Source of the DNA: a virus
Virus record (IMG/VR): IMGVR_UViG_3300023184_000038
Location: 64,001-128,000 of that record
Direction: 5' to 3' (one strand)
DNA: 64,000 nucleotides
Shown: positions 19,063 through 28,122 of the stretch, one piece after another
How the letters are laid out: every line of letters begins with the position of its first letter
How positions within the stretch are numbered: the first letter of the stretch is position 1
Notes under the pieces: model-generated
What the model saw: only the letters and a program-made list of their open reading frames with translations
Told to the model about the DNA's origin: nothing
The model's database searches: none
Translations under genes and position numbers: made by a program

Positions 19063-20675
19063 AACAAGACAATCTTTCAGCAAAGCATAACCCAGAGTGG
19101 GCATTGTTCTTACCCGCAGTCAGTAGTTTTTACATTGCTGGTTTGGGTAAGCAACGCAAGGGCCAGAATTATTTTGACCAAGCACGAATCCCTGCAAGTT
19201 TTAATGGTGATGTAGAGAAACTAAACTTTCTTAACAGTAAAGAAGGTCTTTACTATTACAAGTGGGGACTATACAGTGCTGGTCACGCTAATTTAGATAC
19301 AACCGTTGATGATCCTAATGAATCTGTCATACGTGAACGTGAAGCAGGTACTTTCATGTTGGGAGATAGTGGTGGATTTCAAATTTTAAAAGGTCAATGG
19401 CCAGCAGATTGGAAAGATCCTAACTGTCCTCGTGCTATGAAAAAACGTAAAGCAGTATTGAAATGGATGGATACATACATGGATTACGGTATGTGTTTAG
19501 ATATCCCAAGTCAATCTGAATTTACTTATCATTTACAAGATAAGAACGGGGTTTCATTGCATGGTATAAAAAAGATTGAGGAAGCTATTACTGCCACTCA
19601 CATTAATAATGAATATTTCATTGCAAATCGTTCGGGCAAATGTAAGTTTTTAAATGTATTACAGGGGCGTGATCATACTGCTAGTGGCACTTGGTATGCT
19701 GAAATGAAAAAGTATTGCGACCCAACTATATATCCAGAAAATCATTTTAATGGATGGGCGTTTGGTGGTCAGGTAAAAATTGACCCGCATTTGATGTTAA
19801 CAAGGATGGTAGATATTATCCATGACGGATTGCTACAAGAAGGTAAACACGATTTGATTCATTGTTTGGGTACAAGTATATTGGAATATGCAGTATTGTT
19901 TACTGATATACAAAAGGCAATTCGTAAATATCACAATCCAAAACTTCAAATTACATTTGATTGTGCAAGCCCATTCTTTGCCGCTGCTAAAGGGTTGGCA
20001 TATTTCAATACTAATATTGAACATAATAAAAAATGGTCCTATAGCATGGAAAAGACAGCAGAGAAAAAGTCTTATGCTAATGATACTCGCAAGTTTAGGG
20101 ACGCTGTATTATCTGAAAACATCCATAAAGTGTTTACAGATAGTCCAGTAACTGATATACTTACACTTAAGGATTTGTGCTATCGTGGTCAGGGGTTTAT
20201 AGGTCAACATGGTAAAGAAACTAAAACAAGTTGGGATACATTGAGTTATACATTGCTTCAAAGTCATAATGTTTGGATGCATATGAATGCAGTTCAAGAA
20301 GCCAATCGTAAATATGAAATAGGTTTAATTCCAAAAATGTTGTCTCATCAGTTTGAGGGTGGTAGATTTTTTACAGAATTGGTTGATGAAATCTTTTCAA
20401 AAAGTACAAAGCAAGAAGCGGTAGATTTAATTGATAAACATGATAGTTATTGGAAACAATTTCAATCAGGTAGTCAGGGCATCAGTGGTAAGAAAACTGA
20501 TAATTCTAGGACTAAGCATAAGCAATTGTATGAGGAAACGGATGATAGTTATTATCAACAATTTCAATCAGGTAGTCAGAGCAGCAGTGGTAAAAAAACT
20601 GATAATTCTAGGTCGATGTATGATGAATTGTTTGAGGAAGTTAGTAACGATATAAATGAAGTAATAGGAAAATAA
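19059..20675 (+). CDS. dpdA: TGT-fold guanine transglycosylase, DpdA-like (7-deazaguanine DNA insertion)
   Basis: LGDSGGFQI TGT signature, LDIP, NVLQG, WAFGG, IHCLG, TFDCAS; clustered with folE/queD/queE. Confidence 0.75.
   Translation: MKQDNLSAKHNPEWALFLPAVSSFYIAGLGKQRKGQNYFDQARIPASFNGDVEKLNFLNSKEGLYYYKWGLYSAGHANLDTTVDDPNESVIREREAGTFMLGDSGGFQILKGQWPADWKDPNCPRAMKKRKAVLKWMDTYMDYGMCLDIPSQSEFTYHLQDKNGVSLHGIKKIEEAITATHINNEYFIANRSGKCKFLNVLQGRDHTASGTWYAEMKKYCDPTIYPENHFNGWAFGGQVKIDPHLMLTRMVDIIHDGLLQEGKHDLIHCLGTSILEYAVLFTDIQKAIRKYHNPKLQITFDCASPFFAAAKGLAYFNTNIEHNKKWSYSMEKTAEKKSYANDTRKFRDAVLSENIHKVFTDSPVTDILTLKDLCYRGQGFIGQHGKETKTSWDTLSYTLLQSHNVWMHMNAVQEANRKYEIGLIPKMLSHQFEGGRFFTELVDEIFSKSTKQEAVDLIDKHDSYWKQFQSGSQGISGKKTDNSRTKHKQLYEETDDSYYQQFQSGSQSSSGKKTDNSRSMYDELFEEVSNDINEVIGK
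20442..20640 (+). repeat. 102-nt in-frame tandem duplication in the DpdA-like C-terminus
   Basis: DSYWKQFQSGSQGISGKKTDNSR / DSYYQQFQSGSQSSSGKKTDNSR. Confidence 0.85.
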
Positions 20676-20676
20676 T

Positions 20677-20886
20677 ATGCCATATAAAAATCATATAACA
20701 CATTTACATGAAATATGTAGAGCATCTGAAGATAAAATTAGAAGATTAGAAAGTTCTAAAGCGGATGAAAACTACATAGAAACTGAAAAAAATCAACTAG
20801 ATAAGTATTATGCTGAACTTTCTAAGTTAGATAAACTTCAGTGGATAGAAGATCATGAACGTATTAACTTTGAGGATGATAGATAA
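20677..20886 (+). CDS. hypothetical protein
   Basis: 69-aa ORF within the operon. Confidence 0.55.
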   Translation: MPYKNHITHLHEICRASEDKIRRLESSKADENYIETEKNQLDKYYAELSKLDKLQWIEDHERINFEDDR

Positions 20887-21338
20887 TGGATCCTGTAGAA
20901 ATGGCACTGTTTGAAAAACGTGTACGAATTAGCTCTCAGGCTAAACGTATGATATATGTAACCTTTCAAAAAGAAGGGATACATTGCTATCCGGCAGCAG
21001 CAACTGATATTAATTTAAAAACAGAAAATGAATATGATGTTTCATTTTTATCTAATCCGCATAGGCATATATTTCACTTTAATGTATCAATACAAATATT
21101 TCATAATGACCGCGATATTGAATTTATTCAATTTAAACGCTGGCTTGAAAATTTGTATAAAGAAGGTACTTTGGAATTGAATCATAAAAGTTGTGAGATG
21201 ATGTCAGATGATTTGTACGAACAAATATCTCGGCGCTATCCCAATCGTGATATTGTAATAACTGTCTCAGAAGATAATGAGAACGGAGCTACAATTTATT
21301 ATAATGTAAGTAGACCAGTGCATTATGTTAGTATTTAA
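20886..21338 (+). CDS. QueD-like T-fold protein
   Basis: EGIHCYP, PHRHIFHF, DRDIEFI, SCEMMS and VSEDNENG resemble the 6-pyruvoyl-tetrahydropterin synthase fold. Confidence 0.65.
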   Translation: MDPVEMALFEKRVRISSQAKRMIYVTFQKEGIHCYPAAATDINLKTENEYDVSFLSNPHRHIFHFNVSIQIFHNDRDIEFIQFKRWLENLYKEGTLELNHKSCEMMSDDLYEQISRRYPNRDIVITVSEDNENGATIYYNVSRPVHYVSI

Positions 21339-21350
21339 AGAAAGAACCCA

Positions 21351-21542
21351 ATGGCAAAATTAACTAAATTATTAAAAGTAAGTGAATCACTTAGTATCAA
21401 TCGGTATGATAACGGATGGATGCTTGAAATTAGCGGTAAGGATAAAGAAAATGATTGGAAAACTACCAAAACATTATGTAACAGTGAAGAAGAATTATTA
21501 GCAATTATTAAAGAGTGGAATTCAATCCAATTGGACAATTAA
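21351..21542 (+). CDS. hypothetical protein
   Basis: 63-aa ORF. Confidence 0.55.
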   Translation: MAKLTKLLKVSESLSINRYDNGWMLEISGKDKENDWKTTKTLCNSEEELLAIIKEWNSIQLDN

Positions 21543-21568
21543 ATTTTATTAAACAGAAAGAAATTAAT

Positions 21569-21775
21569 ATGGCAAAACTAACTTTTCAACCTAATCCCCG
21601 CGTTCAACAACTATTTGAGGATCTTGATAAATTTAAAGAATTTTGTGTCAATTTTGGATACAAATATGATGAGTCAGAATTATATGACATGCGTAGTTAT
21701 GCATGTAGACAATTTAATAAATTCATTACCGGTAAGGTTCCTAAAGACCAATGGCAGGAAAACGCTCGTCCATGA
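21569..21775 (+). CDS. hypothetical protein
   Basis: ORF MAKLTFQPNPR... Confidence 0.55.
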   Translation: MAKLTFQPNPRVQQLFEDLDKFKEFCVNFGYKYDESELYDMRSYACRQFNKFITGKVPKDQWQENARP

Positions 21776-22209
21776 AAATAGTGTTGGTCACTGGTGGATT
21801 TGATCCTCTGCACAGTGGTCACATTGAGTACTTTAGGTCTGCCAAGAGTCTAGGTGATCAACTAATTGTGGGTTTGAACAGTGACGAATGGTTGGCTCGT
21901 AAAAAGGGTCAACCTTTTATGCCGCTAAGTGAACGCAGAATTATAGTTGGCAATCTTAAAGACGTTACTGCAACAATCGTGTACAATGATGACAATGGTT
22001 CTAGTTGCAAAGCAATAGAACAATTACTACTACATTGTAGTCCAGATGATGAATTAATTTTTGCAAACGGCGGTGATAGAACTAAAGAAAATATACCCGA
22101 AATGAGTATAACTGATAGTAGAGTAAAATTTATGTTTGGGGTCGGTGGAGAAAACAAGATAAATTCCAGCAGCTGGATTTTACGCCAATGGGACAAATGG
22201 AAGAACTAA
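21772..22209 (+). CDS. cytidylyltransferase family protein (RfaE domain II-like)
   Basis: TGGFDPLHSGH, GLNSD, FANGGDR, SSSWIL. Confidence 0.85.
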   Translation: MKIVLVTGGFDPLHSGHIEYFRSAKSLGDQLIVGLNSDEWLARKKGQPFMPLSERRIIVGNLKDVTATIVYNDDNGSSCKAIEQLLLHCSPDDELIFANGGDRTKENIPEMSITDSRVKFMFGVGGENKINSSSWILRQWDKWKN

Positions 22210-23384
22210 TGAGAAAACTATATTACATGGGGCTTGAGCCCTACAAAGCAAGATACACCCTGCAGTTACAAGACTGGAATGAAACTGTATTCAAGAAAAG
22301 AAAACTTGATTATGTAATTGTGCCCGGCGAAACTCTTAGCAATGATCAAGCAATTGTAACAGGTCAAGTATTAGATGCACATGGTCGTACATACTTTGGT
22401 ATGTCACAACTGATGAATTTAATCAAAATGATGAAGGCTGGAGAATTAACCAATGAAGATGTTATTTACTTTGAGGATATGTTTCAGCCTGGAATCGAAA
22501 GCCTCCCGTATATTCTTAAGCAAATCGGTTCTGCTCACCGGCCTAGGATTTATGTTCGCTGTCTTGCTCAGTCCATTGATCCTGATGATTTTGTTCATGT
22601 ATGGGGTATGCAACATTTCATGGGACATTATGAAAAAATGGTGGACTCGTTTGTAGATGGTGTACTTGCTACTAATGAAGAAATGGTAATGCACATGAAG
22701 ATTGCAGGTTGGAAGGCTCCGATCTACAATATCAGTGGATTAGCATTCGGCAAGGCAGAAGTACAAAGTCGTGTTACTGATATTAAACCATTTGCTGATC
22801 GTAAATACCGTGTAGTATTCTCTGCACGTTGGGATCAAGAGAAGCAGCCCGATTTTTATATGGATTTGATAGAAGCATGGCATGCTCAACCTGGATTGGA
22901 AGAAGTTGAATTTTGTGTATGTAGTGGTAGTTTGTTGAAATCAAATAACGAAAGTTATATGACTCGTACCCGTGAGTTGTTTCTTGCCGGCAAACTTAAA
23001 ATATATGAAAACTTAGAAAAAAATGATTACTATACTATCGTTAATGATAGTCGTGTTGTGTTTAATTGCGCCCTTCAAGATTGGGTTTCCAACACAGTCA
23101 GTGAAGCAGATAGTCTTGGGTGTAATGTTTTATACCCTGCTTATCGGTCTTTCCCTGAAACTTTTTCTAATGACCATACCAGACTTTATGTCCCTTGGAG
23201 TATAGAGGATGCTATGGATAAGTTGGAAGCGTTATTGGACTTCCCTCACCCAAGAATGGGAGAGATCAGTGACTACAATAATGGTACAATTGATCGTATC
23301 ATTGATATTTTAGAAGGTGGTGGACAGAGTATGTTGAGAATGTCCACTGATTATAGAAAACATACCCGCGAATCAAAATATTAA
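22209..23384 (+). CDS. GT-B fold glycosyltransferase
   Basis: VVFSARWDQEKQP and VSNTVSEADSLGCNVLYP...SFPE. Confidence 0.7.
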   Translation: MRKLYYMGLEPYKARYTLQLQDWNETVFKKRKLDYVIVPGETLSNDQAIVTGQVLDAHGRTYFGMSQLMNLIKMMKAGELTNEDVIYFEDMFQPGIESLPYILKQIGSAHRPRIYVRCLAQSIDPDDFVHVWGMQHFMGHYEKMVDSFVDGVLATNEEMVMHMKIAGWKAPIYNISGLAFGKAEVQSRVTDIKPFADRKYRVVFSARWDQEKQPDFYMDLIEAWHAQPGLEEVEFCVCSGSLLKSNNESYMTRTRELFLAGKLKIYENLEKNDYYTIVNDSRVVFNCALQDWVSNTVSEADSLGCNVLYPAYRSFPETFSNDHTRLYVPWSIEDAMDKLEALLDFPHPRMGEISDYNNGTIDRIIDILEGGGQSMLRMSTDYRKHTRESKY

Positions 23385-23394
23385 GGAGAAAATT

Positions 23395-23583
23395 ATGAAC
23401 GCACATACAGATATTAAAACACAATTGGCAGCATACGAAGCCGAACATGAAAAGTTTGAAAAAGGTAATGCAGCAGCTGGAACTCGTGCCCGTAAAGCAT
23501 TGGGTGAACTAGCAAAAGCAGTTAAGGCTCGTCGTAACGAAATCACCGCAGAAAAAACAGCAAGAAAAGAAGCCAAGTCTTAA
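23395..23583 (+). CDS. histone H1-like (Hc1-type) small basic protein
   Basis: KGNAAAGTRARKALGELAK...RRNEI. Confidence 0.7.
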   Translation: MNAHTDIKTQLAAYEAEHEKFEKGNAAAGTRARKALGELAKAVKARRNEITAEKTARKEAKS

Positions 23584-23585
23584 TA

Positions 23586-23801
23586 ATGGCAACTCGTAAA
23601 AAGAAATCAGAAGTAACTATTGATGCGTCCGGTCCGGATGTTGTACAGATAGTTAAAGGTAATCACTTAACAGTTACTACATTTCCAAATGGCAAAACTA
23701 AATTAGTTTGGGATTGGGATGCCCTATTACAAGAAGTCAAAGAGGCTATTGCTAATGTTGAGGGAAAACCAGCAAAAAAGTCAAAGTCAACTGTAAAGTG
23801 A
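23586..23801 (+). CDS. hypothetical protein
   Basis: 71-aa ORF. Confidence 0.55.
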   Translation: MATRKKKSEVTIDASGPDVVQIVKGNHLTVTTFPNGKTKLVWDWDALLQEVKEAIANVEGKPAKKSKSTVK

Positions 23802-23983
23802 AAACACAACAGGAAATTTGGGAATCATTTGCAAAACCCGTTTTCCCTCATCTCAATGAACATCAGTTGGCTGAATTAAAGATTGAGGCTGTAATGGATT
23901 GGGGCTTAGGCATTGACACTGAATTGAGTGTCATGTACGACAAGTACGTAATGATGAAGAATTTAATGGATGCAACGTACTAA
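23798..23983 (+). CDS. hypothetical protein
   Basis: 61-aa ORF, GTGA overlap with the previous gene. Confidence 0.5.
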   Translation: MKTQQEIWESFAKPVFPHLNEHQLAELKIEAVMDWGLGIDTELSVMYDKYVMMKNLMDATY

Positions 23984-23984
23984 A

Positions 23985-24057
23985 GATAAATAATAATGTA
24001 AGATACACAACGGTATCTTACATTTCAAAAACAAACCATCACAAAGGAAGGTTATCT
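23985..24057 (+). promoter_or_regulatory. GATAAATA promoter plus structured folE leader
   Basis: 12-bp perfect hairpin AATGTAAGATAC/GTATCTTACATT at 23995-24024. Confidence 0.5.
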
Positions 24058-24735
24058 ATGAGTTATAATAAAACAAAAACAGATCCAGAGTTGGGTCAAA
24101 AAGTTCATCAACACTTAGTTAAAATGGGAGTTGAAACTCCTACAAAAAAATCACCGATTTCAGATCGTAAAGACAAGATTGCAGTAATTGAACCATTGTT
24201 TGCTGAAATTATGAAAACATTAGGTCTTGACTTGAGTGACGATAGTTTATGCGATACTCCAAAGCGTGTTGCCCGAATGTATGTCAACGAAATCTTTTGG
24301 GGATTAGACTACGATGCATTCCCAAAATGTACCGCAGTTGATAACAAAATGAAATACAACGAAATGGTTTGCGAACGTAATATCAATGTACAAAGTAATT
24401 GTGAACATCACTTTGTAGTCATCGACGGGCTAGCAACTGTAGCATATGTTCCCAATCAAAAAGTGCTTGGATTGAGTAAAATCAATCGTATAGTAGAATA
24501 CTTTAGCAAGCGTCCACAAATACAAGAACGATTGACTGAACAAGTATTTCATGCATTGCAATATATCCTTGAAACAGAAGATGTTGCGGTTATGATAGAT
24601 GCACAACATTATTGTGTTAAAAGCAGGGGAGTTGAGGATACAGGTAGTTCAACCGTTACAAGTAAACTTGGTGGTGGATTCAAAAGTGACCCGGCTGCTA
24701 GAGCAGAATTTTATCAACTAGCAAGACAGAGATAA
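24058..24735 (+). CDS. folE: GTP cyclohydrolase I
   Basis: [41 protein letters not shown]. Confidence 0.95.
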   Translation: MSYNKTKTDPELGQKVHQHLVKMGVETPTKKSPISDRKDKIAVIEPLFAEIMKTLGLDLSDDSLCDTPKRVARMYVNEIFWGLDYDAFPKCTAVDNKMKYNEMVCERNINVQSNCEHHFVVIDGLATVAYVPNQKVLGLSKINRIVEYFSKRPQIQERLTEQVFHALQYILETEDVAVMIDAQHYCVKSRGVEDTGSSTVTSKLGGGFKSDPAARAEFYQLARQR

Positions 24736-24856
24736 AATTAATGGAAATTTTTATAATTATCGGTATCAGTGCATTGGCATTGATTTTAGTTTTTATGGAT
24801 AAATCATCTGATTGCAATAAAAATTGTTCTCAAGGCAGAAAGTGTGATTGTAAATA

Positions 24857-25093
24857 ATGGGATTTCGTAAACCAATGGACTACACCAATGTTCATCATCA
24901 AATTTATATGGCTGGTGTAGAATTGCATTCTGGTCATAATGACGGATACACTACTTGGGAAATCAAAAAAGATTTACATCGTATCAAATGGTTATTAGAT
25001 GAAATCATGGCTGATTCACCTACTTACGCCGACGAAAAAGAATTCTTAGATGAACATTCTAAAGTAAAGATGTGGAGAACATTAAAAAAATGA
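24857..25093 (+). CDS. hypothetical protein
   Basis: 78-aa ORF. Confidence 0.55.
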   Translation: MGFRKPMDYTNVHHQIYMAGVELHSGHNDGYTTWEIKKDLHRIKWLLDEIMADSPTYADEKEFLDEHSKVKMWRTLKK

Positions 25094-25548
25094 TATTCAA
25101 CAAAATCAAAGAACTAAAAGAGCAAGGGCTTAGAATTGGAATCACTTTTAGCCAGTTTGATTTACTTCACGCTGGACATATTGCTATGCTTAGCCAAGCT
25201 AAAAATCACTGTGACTATCTTATTGCTGGATTACAAAACAATGCACAGTGGGATCGTCCTGAAAAGAATGCACCCATTCAAAGTATTGTTGAAAGACAGA
25301 TTAGTTTAAGTGCAGTGAGATTCGTAGATGAAATTGTAGTTTACAATACAGAAAAAGATTTGGAAGATATTCTACTTACATTACCCATTGATGTACGAAT
25401 TTTAGGTGTAGAATACAAAGATAAAGATTTTACCGGTTATGGAATATGCCAACAGCGTAACATTGAATTAGTGTTCAATGGGCGTGATCACAGTTTTAGT
25501 AGTTCAAGTTTGCGTAAAAGAGTAGTTGAAGCAGCAAAGGATAAATAA
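25090..25548 (+). CDS. TagD-like (glycerol-3-phosphate) cytidylyltransferase
   Basis: FDLLHAGH, CDYLIAGL, RDHSFSSSSLR. Confidence 0.85.
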   Translation: MIFNKIKELKEQGLRIGITFSQFDLLHAGHIAMLSQAKNHCDYLIAGLQNNAQWDRPEKNAPIQSIVERQISLSAVRFVDEIVVYNTEKDLEDILLTLPIDVRILGVEYKDKDFTGYGICQQRNIELVFNGRDHSFSSSSLRKRVVEAAKDK

Positions 25549-25552
25549 TATA

Positions 25553-25617
25553 ACCGGTCTCTTATGGGCTCATCCCGGTATAAAAATTCTGCGTCCTATG
25601 CTATAATAACATAGGAG
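25553..25617 (+). promoter_or_regulatory. candidate preQ1-I-like riboswitch upstream of queD
   Basis: ACCGG-loop-CCGGT stem, ATAAAAA tail, then TCCTATG/CATAGGA hairpin covering the SD. Confidence 0.45.
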
Positions 25618-25623
25618 AACAAC

Positions 25624-26100
25624 ATGGCAAAATATATTTCAACAAAGACCTATAATCAACTAGGTCCGGTTGCATATCGTCAATGGCGTGCAGACAGTCA
25701 TTGTAATTTAATACACGGATATGCATTAAGTTTTCATTTAGAATTTGAATGTGATACACTTGACGCACGTAATTGGTGCATGGACTTTGGTGGTTTAAAA
25801 CCGTTAAAAGGCTTATTAGAAGATTGGTTTGATCACACTCTATTAGTGGCACAAGATGATCCAATGCGTGAACATTTACTAAACTTGGGTAAGTTAAAAC
25901 TAGCAAAGATAACTGAAGTAGAAAAGACTGGATGTGAGGGAATTGCAGCCTTTTTGTACGAATATATTAATACCATCTTTTTACCTAATTACGGTGAGAA
26001 AGACCGAGTATGGTGTAGTAAAGTAGAAGTCAGAGAAACAGATAGTAATATGGCTATGCGAGTGGGTCATAGAGAAGATAATGAATATCTAAATGATTGA
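25624..26100 (+). CDS. queD: 6-carboxy-5,6,7,8-tetrahydropterin synthase
   Basis: HCNLIHGY, MDFGGLK, FDHTLL, GCEGIA, VRET. Confidence 0.9.
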   Translation: MAKYISTKTYNQLGPVAYRQWRADSHCNLIHGYALSFHLEFECDTLDARNWCMDFGGLKPLKGLLEDWFDHTLLVAQDDPMREHLLNLGKLKLAKITEVEKTGCEGIAAFLYEYINTIFLPNYGEKDRVWCSKVEVRETDSNMAMRVGHREDNEYLND

Positions 26101-26770
26101 TATACAGTATATTAATAGCAATGTTGCAATGTCCGATATAGTTGCCGACATTGTTGAATATACTATTAAACATTCTATTGGCCCTTGCAAAATTGCATTT
26201 CCTACAGGTAATACACCCATAGAAATGTATGCCAACTTAGTATTACGTCCAATCAATTGGGAAAACACATATAGTTTTCAATTAGATGAATATGTGGGGC
26301 TACCTAACGGTCATCCCAAGCTGTATACTCAATTTATGTATGAACATTTATATTCTAAAGTAAATATTAATCAATTGCATATATTTTCTCCAATACTTAA
26401 TATTAACTATGATAACATTATTAATACTCACGGTGGATTAGATTTAGCAATATTGGGATTGGGGCACAACGGACATATAGCCTTTAATGAACCGGGTTCG
26501 GAATTTAATTCAGTTACTCGGCAAATTGTGTTGGAAGAATCCACTAGAGTAAACAATAGTAAATGGTTTAAATCGTTAAATGAAGTTCCAACTACTGCAA
26601 TGACAATGGGATTGTCTACTATAATGAGTGCCAGACATATTGTATTAATGGTACAAGGTATTAATAAATTTACAATGCTTAAACAAGCACTATGGGGCAA
26701 AAGAACTGAACATATTCCATGTAGTGTACTTCAAACTCATTCTAATATTAAAGTATTATATTGTGATTAA
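26093..26770 (+). CDS. nagB: glucosamine-6-phosphate deaminase
   Basis: PTGNTP, FQLDEYVGL, LGLGHNGHIAFNEPG, AMTMG. Confidence 0.9.
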   Translation: MIDIQYINSNVAMSDIVADIVEYTIKHSIGPCKIAFPTGNTPIEMYANLVLRPINWENTYSFQLDEYVGLPNGHPKLYTQFMYEHLYSKVNINQLHIFSPILNINYDNIINTHGGLDLAILGLGHNGHIAFNEPGSEFNSVTRQIVLEESTRVNNSKWFKSLNEVPTTAMTMGLSTIMSARHIVLMVQGINKFTMLKQALWGKRTEHIPCSVLQTHSNIKVLYCD

Positions 26771-26786
26771 TTTGGTAATCTTAGTA

Positions 26787-26815
26787 TTGAGTTTCTATTA
26801 AATCTGTGCTATAAT
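26787..26815 (+). promoter_or_regulatory. sigma70-type promoter for queE
   Basis: TTGAGT-17 nt-TATAAT with extended TG. Confidence 0.65.
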
Positions 26816-26851
26816 GTCAAAAAATGTTTATATCATTAAAGGAATAGTACA

Positions 26852-27700
26852 ATGGCAAAATTAAAAGTAGCAGAACTCTTCTATAGTATACAGGGAGAAG
26901 GTAGATATATGGGTGTCCCTTCAGTCTTTCTACGCACATTTGGATGTAACTTCAAATGTGCAGGATTTGGTATGCCTAAGGGTGAACTAAGTCGTGAAGT
27001 AGAAGATATTGCTGCCAATATACATTTATATAATCAGTATACGCAACTTCCATTAGTTAGTACTGGATGCGATAGTTATGCTAGTTGGGATCCAAGATTC
27101 AAAGACTTGAGTCCAGTACTTACTACTGATAGTATTGTTGACAGTATTATGTCTATGCTTCCACACAATCGTTGGATGGAAGAACATCTGGTTATCACAG
27201 GAGGTGAACCTTTACTAGGATGGCAGCGTAGTTATATTGATTTACTTTCACATGACAAGATGAAAGGGTTACAAGAACTAACTTTTGAAACAAATGGTAC
27301 TCAATCTCTACAACAAGAATTGAAAAGTTATTTGCAGCAGTGGGGAATTAATCGTTCTAGAGGTGCAATTACATTTAGTGTTAGTCCTAAACTTAGTATT
27401 AGTGGTGAGAAGTGGGAAGAAGCAATATGTCCTGACATCATTAATGAGTACTCACAAACGGGTCGTACATATTTAAAGTTTGTTGTTGCAACTAAACAAG
27501 ATGTAGAGGAAGCACAAACAGCCGTTAATCAATATCGTACTAATGGATTTAGAGGGCATGTGTATTTGATGCCATGTGGTGGCGTTGAAAGTGTGTATAA
27601 CTTGAATGCAAAAAATGTTGCACTTGAAGCAATGCGTTTAGGCTGGCGTTATAGTGATAGACTTCAAGTCCCACTGTTCAAAAACGAGTGGGGAACTTGA
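26852..27700 (+). CDS. queE: 7-carboxy-7-deazaguanine synthase (radical SAM)
   Basis: ELFYSIQGEG, FLRTFGCNFKC...CDS, ITGGEPLL, FETNGT, SVSPK. Confidence 0.9.
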   Translation: MAKLKVAELFYSIQGEGRYMGVPSVFLRTFGCNFKCAGFGMPKGELSREVEDIAANIHLYNQYTQLPLVSTGCDSYASWDPRFKDLSPVLTTDSIVDSIMSMLPHNRWMEEHLVITGGEPLLGWQRSYIDLLSHDKMKGLQELTFETNGTQSLQQELKSYLQQWGINRSRGAITFSVSPKLSISGEKWEEAICPDIINEYSQTGRTYLKFVVATKQDVEEAQTAVNQYRTNGFRGHVYLMPCGGVESVYNLNAKNVALEAMRLGWRYSDRLQVPLFKNEWGT

Positions 27701-27945
27701 TGCCCTCAATTGATTGGACTACACAATCAGCTAGTGACTATCATTTCAAACAAAGAACTGTGGGTAAACAATTAAAGTTTACTCTAATACCTAGACTATG
27801 CCATATAACAAAGCGTAGAATATGGCTAGAGTATGCATATTGTGTTACTGCAATGTACAGAAGCGGTGATATTAACTTTGATTATGAAAATCGTTGGTAT
27901 AGTAAAGATGAATATTTAATAGCAAGATTAAGGGATTTAATATGA
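27700..27945 (+). CDS. hypothetical protein
   Basis: ORF overlapping the queE stop. Confidence 0.5.
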   Translation: MPSIDWTTQSASDYHFKQRTVGKQLKFTLIPRLCHITKRRIWLEYAYCVTAMYRSGDINFDYENRWYSKDEYLIARLRDLI

Positions 27946-28121
27946 AGTTTGAAATGCGTTGGCTTGTGGTTGAGGCGCCATCTGGCCCTGAAAAGATATT
28001 GCAATATCGTTATGAAAGAGAAATAACAGATTACAGTATAGAAAACCCAAGAACAGGATCCTTTGTTAAAAGAAATGAGTTAACTGATTGGATTACTGTT
28101 ACAACAGTAGATGAGGTATAA
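27942..28121 (+). CDS. small hypothetical protein (not in ORF track)
   Basis: 59-aa ORF MKFEMRWLVV... fills the gap and overlaps the previous stop. Confidence 0.5.
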   Translation: MKFEMRWLVVEAPSGPEKILQYRYEREITDYSIENPRTGSFVKRNELTDWITVTTVDEV

Positions 28122-28122
28122 A

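Noticed and set aside
19059-20675. Canonical tRNA-guanine transglycosylase (tgt)
   Set aside because: It lacks the CxCxxC zinc site and is much diverged. Phage context next to replication genes favours a DNA-acting DpdA-type enzyme.
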